Positions 6,631 through 11,456 of a stretch of 11,456 nt of DNA are shown here, one piece after another. The notes beneath the pieces were generated by a model. That model was not told the origin of the DNA. It saw only the letters and a list, made by a program, of their open reading frames with translations, and did no database searches. The DNA is from a virus (lineage: Duplodnaviria; Heunggongvirae; Uroviricota; Caudoviricetes), in IMG/VR virus record IMGVR_UViG_2671180770_000008, positions 1-11,456 of that record. One strand, 5' to 3'. The first letter of the stretch is position 1; every line of letters begins with the position of its first letter. A program made the translations under genes and the position numbers.

Positions 6631-7001
6631 TTTTTGACCTGCCCTCCAAGCATTATGGGGTAAATCTTCACCCCCAGACGTCCACCAGATACTGGCTGAG
6701 CACGAACGATATTGATTTCATCAAACTGCTCATCGTCCATTAGCAACCCCGCATGCGTCAGCGCATCCAGCGGCGCTTTCAGAATATTGTCCAGGTCACG
6801 GCGGCGCTTATCCGGTGGCTCGGCAATAATCTTTATCGCCAGCCTTCCGGACAGGCTTAATTTCAGCCGCTGCTGGCGAACAATAAGCGCCACAGCCCGG
6901 CGATAACGCTCACCGGCTTTTGATACAAAATATGTGCTGCCACGACGTCGCCAGTAGGTGTTCACCGTCGGCGGGTAAAGCAAAACAAACTCTATACGCA
7001 T
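6627..7001 (-). CDS. rusA: RusA-family Holliday-junction resolvase
   Basis: PDKRRRDLDNILKAPLDALTHAGLLMDDEQF and SGGRLGVKI align with E. coli RusA ([40 protein letters not shown]); RBS GAGG; stop overlaps the Q start (ATGA). Confidence 0.92.
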   Translation of the reverse strand: MRIEFVLLYPPTVNTYWRRRGSTYFVSKAGERYRRAVALIVRQQRLKLSLSGRLAIKIIAEPPDKRRRDLDNILKAPLDALTHAGLLMDDEQFDEINIVRAQPVSGGRLGVKIYPIMLGGQVKK

Positions 7002-7013
7002 CAGTAACCTCTT

Positions 7014-8063
7014 TTACCCGAGCACGCCGGTTGCAAAGGCGTGATCAAGAAAACGAAAAATTAAATCAACCTGGGAACCATGCTTTTCTTCGAACGCCAG
7101 CGGATCCGCATGAAGCTCGTTGTGATGCTCCCGACACAGCGGTAGCGTGAAAATATCGTGGGATTTTGTTCCCATTCCGCCCTGACCATGACCAATCAGA
7201 TGATGAGGATCGTCCGCTGGCTTACCACAACACGCACACGGCTGTGTCTTTACCCAGCGTGTGTATTTCTCATTTACCCAGCGGCGACGTTTAGGTCGTT
7301 TCATGAAGGATTCCGGAGACTCCGGATCAACGGCAATGCTGACCACCGTCTTTTCCTGTGGTGGGTTCTGTTGCTGGTGGGTGTGAGACGGTAGCGCAAT
7401 ATTTTTTGTGCGCTGCTTCAGTATGCTGGTGGCGGTCTGTTCTCCCGGTATGATGTCGCTTTCACGGTATACGGAGCGGATTTTTTCCGCACGCAACCCC
7501 AGCGAAAGACGTAATACCGCTTCCGGTAGCGCGTCCGCCACCTGATTGCGGACCGCCCACCAGGATAATTCAGCCAGAGATAATTCACGCTCCTGTGCGC
7601 CATTCATTGCGTGACGGATGATGTCAATCATCCAGGCGGCCAGATTCTGTTGAGCAAGTTGATCCAGTGAATCAGATGTCTGCTCCCGCAGCTGGTTGTC
7701 GCAGTGCCAGCACAACACCATCGCGCCGGTACCGTAACGGTGAATGACGGTTTCGCTGTGATGATAATCACCGTGTAGCCACTGGCAGGATTTCACGTGA
7801 CGTAATAACCAGTCAGACAGTGCACCAGCGCCACCCGCAGCACGGATCACCCGCTCATCGCTGAAAAATGGCAGTAGTGATTTATCTTCCGCCAGCGGCT
7901 GGTGAACGGCAGGTACAACCCCGGACGGCAGAGCTCGCATGCTTTTTGGTTCCGGCTCCACCAGTATTCTGCCGTTATGGAATGCTGACATTGATTCACG
8001 GCCTGGCTTAACGATAACCAGACCGAGTTCCGGTACCAGAACAGGTCGAAGTAATACCCGCAC
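7014..8063 (-). CDS. DUF968-family prophage protein (YdfU-like) with C-terminal HNH-like Cys/His motif
   Basis: 349 aa, position as ydfU in Qin (rem - ydfU - quuQ); motif CACCGKPADDPHHLIGHGQGGMGTKSHDIFTLPLCREHHNELH; GTG start 8063 with GGAGG upstream, overlapping the upstream stop. Confidence 0.65.
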   Translation of the reverse strand: MRVLLRPVLVPELGLVIVKPGRESMSAFHNGRILVEPEPKSMRALPSGVVPAVHQPLAEDKSLLPFFSDERVIRAAGGAGALSDWLLRHVKSCQWLHGDYHHSETVIHRYGTGAMVLCWHCDNQLREQTSDSLDQLAQQNLAAWMIDIIRHAMNGAQERELSLAELSWWAVRNQVADALPEAVLRLSLGLRAEKIRSVYRESDIIPGEQTATSILKQRTKNIALPSHTHQQQNPPQEKTVVSIAVDPESPESFMKRPKRRRWVNEKYTRWVKTQPCACCGKPADDPHHLIGHGQGGMGTKSHDIFTLPLCREHHNELHADPLAFEEKHGSQVDLIFRFLDHAFATGVLG

Positions 8064-8064
8064 A

Positions 8065-8343
8065 TTACCTCCAGATCCGTTGCTGGAATGTGCGGGACGG
8101 ACGCGGTGGCCGTTCGGAGTAAGGGAGCCTGACGGAGATTATCCAGTGACGGTAGTCGAGGCTAAGGGCTTTTTTAACCTCGCATCCGCGCCTGCGGTAA
8201 CACTGAATGAGCCATTCGGCCTGTTCTTCAGTGCATGGGGGATGCTGGTACCAGTCAGATTTGAATGCGTGAAAACACCGTCCGCGCCTGCTGGCAAAGA
8301 CGGCAGAATCATCAGAATTGTATAATTTGGTATCGTGCGCCAT
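8065..8343 (-). CDS. Hypothetical Cys-containing protein, 92 aa, in the position of rem
   Basis: Internal ATG of track ORF 8065..8424 (MAHDTKLYNSDD...); the longer extension would read through the hok terminator. Confidence 0.5.
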   Translation of the reverse strand: MAHDTKLYNSDDSAVFASRRGRCFHAFKSDWYQHPPCTEEQAEWLIQCYRRRGCEVKKALSLDYRHWIISVRLPYSERPPRPSRTFQQRIWR

Positions 8344-8415
8344 CGGTTGTCTCTGCTGGCGCAGCAGGTGCCAGTTGTTCAGGCTGGCGTGCGAATTGTA
8401 AACCAGAATGCCAGG

Positions 8416-8440
8416 AAAAAACAAAACCCGCCGAAGCGGG
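8416..8440 (-). terminator. Intrinsic terminator at the 3' end of the hok mRNA
   Basis: Minus-strand RNA CCCGCUUCGGCGGG (5-bp stem, UUCG loop) followed by UUUUGUUUUUU. Confidence 0.7.
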
Positions 8441-8510
8441 TTAAGTGCGGGTGCGTTGAGGATGCCTGATTCATCAGAGGTGGCGAGGGATTTCTCCCTC
8501 GCCGGGTCTC

Positions 8511-8666
8511 TTACTCCTCAGGTTCGTAAGCTGTGAAGACAGCGACCTCCGTCTGGCCGGTTCGGATTCGTACCTCGCAGAGGTCTTTCCTCGTTACCAG
8601 TGCCGTCACTATGACGGTTAAACAGATGACGATCAGGGCGATTAACATCGCCTTTTGCTGCTTCAT
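8511..8666 (-). CDS. hokD: Hok-family type I toxin (HokD/RelF-like), 51 aa
   Basis: MKQQKAMLIALIVICLTVIVTALVTRKDLCEVRIRTGQTEVAVFTAYEPEE, which I recall as identical or near-identical to E. coli HokD; RBS AAGGAG 9 nt upstream. Confidence 0.9.
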   Translation of the reverse strand: MKQQKAMLIALIVICLTVIVTALVTRKDLCEVRIRTGQTEVAVFTAYEPEE

Positions 8667-8871
8667 AGCCTGCTTCTCCTTGCCTTTCGGCACGTAAGAG
8701 GCTAACCTACATGTGTCTAGCATGAAATTGACCTCAGATTAATGTTAGGCGTCTTGCAGGACGCGTAATGTTAACTGGGGCTTTTCTCTGTCTGCCTTTT
8801 GGTGTTCATGCCTGAGGCAGATAGCCTCAAGCACCCGCAGCAATTCTACTTAACTCTCGCTTTACAGCAAA
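8667..8871 (-). promoter_or_regulatory. hok mRNA promoter and leader: -10 TAGAAT (8848..8843), tac-like hairpin, mok-like upstream reading frame (ATG 8723) in frame with hok
   Basis: Leader UUGAGGCUAUCUGCCUCA... parallels the plasmid R1 hok 5' end; the 5' element (RC of 8825..8840) is complementary to a 3' element at 8445..8461 (fbi-type long-range pairing). Confidence 0.6.
8715..8790 (+). ncRNA. Putative Sok-like antisense RNA (approximate extent)
   Basis: Plus-strand promoter candidate TTGCCT (8680..8685), 17 bp, TAACCT (8703..8708); transcript would be antisense to the mok-like start/RBS; no clean terminator found, 3' end uncertain. Confidence 0.25.
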
Positions 8872-8882
8872 CCGTTTTTACC

Positions 8883-8904
8883 CGATATGGGAATTCCCAT
8901 ATCG
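8883..8904. repeat. 22-bp perfect palindrome CGATATGGGAATTCCCATATCG
   Basis: Direct reading; centred on GAATTC; between the 34-aa ORF stop and the hok promoter -35. Confidence 0.8.
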
Positions 8905-8912
8905 TAATGAAT

Positions 8913-9017
8913 TCAGTTCCCTAGTCGATCCATCAAAAACACAACCAGGCAGTAAACGCCCACAACAGCAACAACAGCCAGCGCACCTTCCATTGCCAGT
9001 GAGATATCATCCGACAT
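8913..9017 (-). CDS. 34-aa small hydrophobic peptide (MSDDISLAMEGALAVVAVVGVYCLVVFLMDRLGN)
   Basis: ATG 9017 preceded by AAAGGAGGG with a 4-nt spacer; single predicted TM helix; verified codon by codon. Below the ORF-track cutoff. Confidence 0.45.
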   Translation of the reverse strand: MSDDISLAMEGALAVVAVVGVYCLVVFLMDRLGN

Positions 9018-9052
9018 ATTCCCTCCTTTGGTGTTAATCCCGGCGAACGTTT

Positions 9053-9136
9053 TTACCCCCACCGACAAATAACATATACTAAAAAAGCGATAGCCATAGC
9101 AACGCCTGTAATTGCAAATGCTTCAGGCCAGTTCAT
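9053..9136 (-). CDS. 27-aa small hydrophobic peptide (MNWPEAFAITGVAMAIAFLVYVICRWG)
   Basis: ATG 9136..9134 overlaps the TGA stop of the upstream DUF551 gene (ATGA); GGAGG 7 nt upstream; single TM helix. Confidence 0.45.
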   Translation of the reverse strand: MNWPEAFAITGVAMAIAFLVYVICRWG

Positions 9137-9717
9137 TGGCGCACCTCCTGCGGCGGTTCTGGTAGCGGCATCCAGTCGGTTACATTGCGGCTCTGTGTTT
9201 CGAAAAATTCATCACCATCACGGACTACATCAAAAAACTCACCGTCTCGATATTGCGCATAAAGAACGAATGCGCCATCACATAAAATAATTACGTGCTG
9301 ACCGTCATCCGGCATTCGCTCACTACAGCTTATCCAACCATCCAGAGTTACCGGATAGTTGGTTGACGTTTCCGAGATTTCCCGAAAATTATTGGTTGAC
9401 GAACCCTTCTTTTCCCGAAAGTTTCCAGCCTGAAGCATGGCGGCGCTGTCTGGCGGGGCAGCATATAGCGGCACGTATATTTCCGGTTCCTTATCAGCAC
9501 CGGGTTGCTCTTCCAGTGAGAATGTCTTTCCGGTAAATCGATTCATATAAAGCACGGGCTCTGCTTCCAGCGAAGCCTGAGCAACAAGGGCCAGTGCTAA
9601 ATCCAACTCAATTGCCTCGAGAGAATTTTTGAATGCTGTCTGTTTTACTGCAAATTTCATCGCCTTTACATTTTCACTAACATGACTGATTAACTGCTCT
9701 TTTGTAAAAGTGGTCAT
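9133..9717 (-). CDS. DUF551-domain phage protein, 194 aa from ATG 9717 (alternative GTG start at 9777)
   Basis: C-terminal DUF551-like signature WISCSERMPDDGQHVIIL...DWMPLPEPP; AGGAG RBS 6 nt before ATG 9717. Confidence 0.7.
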   Translation of the reverse strand: MTTFTKEQLISHVSENVKAMKFAVKQTAFKNSLEAIELDLALALVAQASLEAEPVLYMNRFTGKTFSLEEQPGADKEPEIYVPLYAAPPDSAAMLQAGNFREKKGSSTNNFREISETSTNYPVTLDGWISCSERMPDDGQHVIILCDGAFVLYAQYRDGEFFDVVRDGDEFFETQSRNVTDWMPLPEPPQEVRQ

Positions 9718-9773
9718 CTCATTCTCCTTTGATGCGAATGCCAGCGACAATTGAAGCCTGATAGCTAATTCAC

Positions 9774-10169
9774 TCACAATACCGCCTCCTGAAAATTGCC
9801 CTGATAGAACGCCAGTACACGCAGCATAACTTCACTCTTCCGGCACTCGCCACAGATTATGTTCTGTTGTCTGTCGTAGCGGTGTATTTCTCCGTCTGGT
9901 AACTTTCGAATCAATGTCTGGTCGGTTGTTTTCTCCGCTGCCTTACGCCATACGCGATACACCTGTTCTGATGTAAAAACACCGTATTTACCGGGCATGT
10001 ATAAATTGCCGCAAGCCAGTACATCCACAAGGCAACGTCTGACTGAATGCCAGCCTGCTCCCGTCGCTCTCTCCAGTTGTGATATCGTCATGCGTTCATT
10101 TTTGCGTACCAGCCCGATAATTCGGGCCTTCAGTTCTTCACGCTGTTCGTGTGTAAAAGGTTTCGCCAT
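9774..10169 (-). CDS. Hypothetical protein, 131 aa, with predicted N-terminal HTH-like segment
   Basis: ATG 10169 with GGAGG at a 5-nt spacer; RMTISQLERATGAGWHSVRRCLVDVL resembles an HTH; function not recognised. Confidence 0.7.
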   Translation of the reverse strand: MAKPFTHEQREELKARIIGLVRKNERMTISQLERATGAGWHSVRRCLVDVLACGNLYMPGKYGVFTSEQVYRVWRKAAEKTTDQTLIRKLPDGEIHRYDRQQNIICGECRKSEVMLRVLAFYQGNFQEAVL

Positions 10170-10184
10170 AAGCGCCTCCGGCTA

Positions 10185-10910
10185 TCACTTTTCCGACACA
10201 ATACGACCGGATGAATCGACAATCTGCCGAACAATATCCCAGTGCTTGTTCAACTCCCGCAGCGCGGCGCAGACTCGCTCCCACTTCTGAACCTGACCTT
10301 TTGCTCGGCGCAGCTCGCGGTTAGCCACATGCAGCGATGGTAGAATCAGGTCATCTGCTTTCGTTTCAGTGAACGATTGCTGCAACTTCACAATGTCCTC
10401 CACCGCTTCTGTTTTAATTTCTTCCTGTGCAGCCGTTTCCTGGACTGGTAACGCAACACCTGCTGGCTGAGGAAGGGCTTTACCCTCCGTTTCAGCTACG
10501 GATGCAGCTTTCTGCTCTGCCGGTAAATCAACGCCCGGTATGCAGTAACGAAATTTACCATCCTGATTCACGCGAATCAGACGCCCTTTGCTGATTGCCA
10601 TTGCCAGCGATGAATTCGCACGGCGGGAGGTAATTCCGAACATCAATGCCAGCTCATCCGCCGTTTGTGGGCCATGATGTTCAATCGCCTCAGTCAGCAT
10701 TTGCGCTGTCACTTTCGGTACCGGTGACACTGGTTCACTTTCACCAGTCTGAGTCAGCCACCACATCGACCCCTTGTTATCCGCTTCACCACGGCGCTTC
10801 AGTTTCCACAGTTCGTTGACAGCATCTTCGCGGCTGATTCCAAGGCGCGATGCCACTACCTGTGAAGAGGCTTTTTTCAGTGCTTTCAGTGCGTCAAATA
10901 CAGTTTCCAT
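10185..10910 (-). CDS. Hypothetical protein, 241 aa, with two winged-helix-like segments and an acidic linker
   Basis: ATG 10910 (METVFDALK...) preceded by GGAGGA; track ORF begins 6 codons earlier at a TTG; function not recognised. Confidence 0.7.
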   Translation of the reverse strand: METVFDALKALKKASSQVVASRLGISREDAVNELWKLKRRGEADNKGSMWWLTQTGESEPVSPVPKVTAQMLTEAIEHHGPQTADELALMFGITSRRANSSLAMAISKGRLIRVNQDGKFRYCIPGVDLPAEQKAASVAETEGKALPQPAGVALPVQETAAQEEIKTEAVEDIVKLQQSFTETKADDLILPSLHVANRELRRAKGQVQKWERVCAALRELNKHWDIVRQIVDSSGRIVSEK

Positions 10911-10931
10911 TAAAACGTCCTCCAACAAAAA

Positions 10932-11456
10932 TTACTTCACAACCCTCTGATTGCTGACATTTGGACGCCAGCTATCCCAGTTAAACGTCACCCATCGACC
11001 ACCGCTCATGGTCATCCGGTCCATAATCCTCTCACCAAGAAGCGTGCTCATTGCGGCATGATTCAGGTTTGTTAACATCCCGACACTGCACAGTGATGCT
11101 GTCCGGCGATCAATTATCTGGTGTAATACCACCTGCTCGTTTTTCGTCTCCCGCTGAACGCCTATTTCATCCAGGACCAGCAAATCAACCCCGCAAAGCT
11201 CCTGTAAAAATTTTTCCCCGGATTTGCCGTTGTCGTAGCTGTCATGCAACACGCTCATGACATCAGACACGGTGACGATAATCACGCTGCGCCCCTTCGC
11301 CATCAGCCGGTTACCCATCGCCGCTGCAAGGTGATTTTTCCCGGTGCCGGTTTTACCGCTGAACACAAAATTCGTGCACCCGGTCATCAGTTCGTCAGCT
11401 ATGGATTTGGCCTGGCTCAGCGCGTATTTTTGCCCGTCGTTCTGCACCTGATAATT
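10932..11456 (-). CDS. DnaC-like helicase loader / replication protein (IstB-type AAA+), C-terminal part; N-terminus beyond the window
   Basis: Walker A GKTGTGKNHLA, Walker B LLVLDEIG, and tail GERIMDRM...WVTFNWDSWR align with E. coli DnaC (GPVGTGKTHLA, LLVIDEIG, GERVMDRM...WVIFNWDSYR). Confidence 0.9.
   Translation of the reverse strand, partial: NYQVQNDGQKYALSQAKSIADELMTGCTNFVFSGKTGTGKNHLAAAMGNRLMAKGRSVIIVTVSDVMSVLHDSYDNGKSGEKFLQELCGVDLLVLDEIGVQRETKNEQVVLHQIIDRRTASLCSVGMLTNLNHAAMSTLLGERIMDRMTMSGGRWVTFNWDSWRPNVSNQRVVK

Larger units (their letters stand above)
1..11456 (-). mobile_element. Lambdoid prophage segment (replication, nin-like region, Q, late promoter, moron locus, lysis cassette), transcribed on the minus strand
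   Basis: Gene content and order: DnaC-like, RusA, Q, pR'-like promoter with tR', S21-type holin, lysozyme remnant, Rz with embedded Rz1, all co-oriented; plus Hok toxin and NanS-p esterase typical of E. coli prophages. Confidence 0.85.

Noticed and set aside
6046-8325. Track ORFs overlapping Q, RusA and the DUF968 gene (6046..6381, 6129..6326, 6712..6906, 6920..7150, 7158..7394, 7418..7603, 7847..8065, 7939..8325)
   Set aside because: Nested in or antisense to well-supported genes; 7847..8065 begins at the ATG of the TAATGTG junction but is a different frame from the 349-aa protein.
8511-8723. 70-aa track ORF containing Hok
   Set aside because: Not rejected as sequence, but the toxin proper starts at the internal ATG 8666 with its own RBS; the upstream 19 codons are treated as a mok-like leader frame.
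1-11456. CRISPR arrays, IS elements, integrase/att sites, rRNA or tRNA genes
   Set aside because: No direct-repeat/spacer periodicity, no terminal inverted repeats flanking a transposase, and no tRNA-like cloverleaf candidates were seen.

Overview
This window reads as one contiguous piece of a lambdoid prophage of the E. coli Qin / phage-21 / Stx-phage type. Every convincing gene is on the minus strand, so the phage map runs right to left: a DnaC-like replication gene (cut by the window edge), three uncharacterised nin-region ORFs, a complete hok/sok-type type I toxin locus, a Rem-like ORF, a DUF968 protein, RusA, the Q antiterminator, a compact pR'/qut/tR' late-promoter region, a moron locus (disrupted TerB-like gene, NanS-p-type sialate O-acetylesterase), then the lysis cassette (S21-type pinholin, a truncated endolysin, Rz/Rz1) and an AT-rich tail. 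No stx genes, tRNAs, CRISPR array, integrase or IS element are present. The lysis cassette is defective: the holin and spanins are intact but the endolysin has lost its catalytic N-terminal part. I did not find a clear-cut novel multi-gene system; the best candidates for undescribed biology are several strongly RBS-supported small hydrophobic ORFs, all below the 60-aa cutoff of the supplied ORF track (a 27-aa/34-aa pair beside hok; a 60-aa/43-aa pair between the endolysin remnant and Rz; a 55-aa ORF overlapping the TerB-like stop), plus three intrinsic terminators on the otherwise non-coding plus strand. All protein identities rest on motif recognition and recalled homolog sequences, not on database searches.
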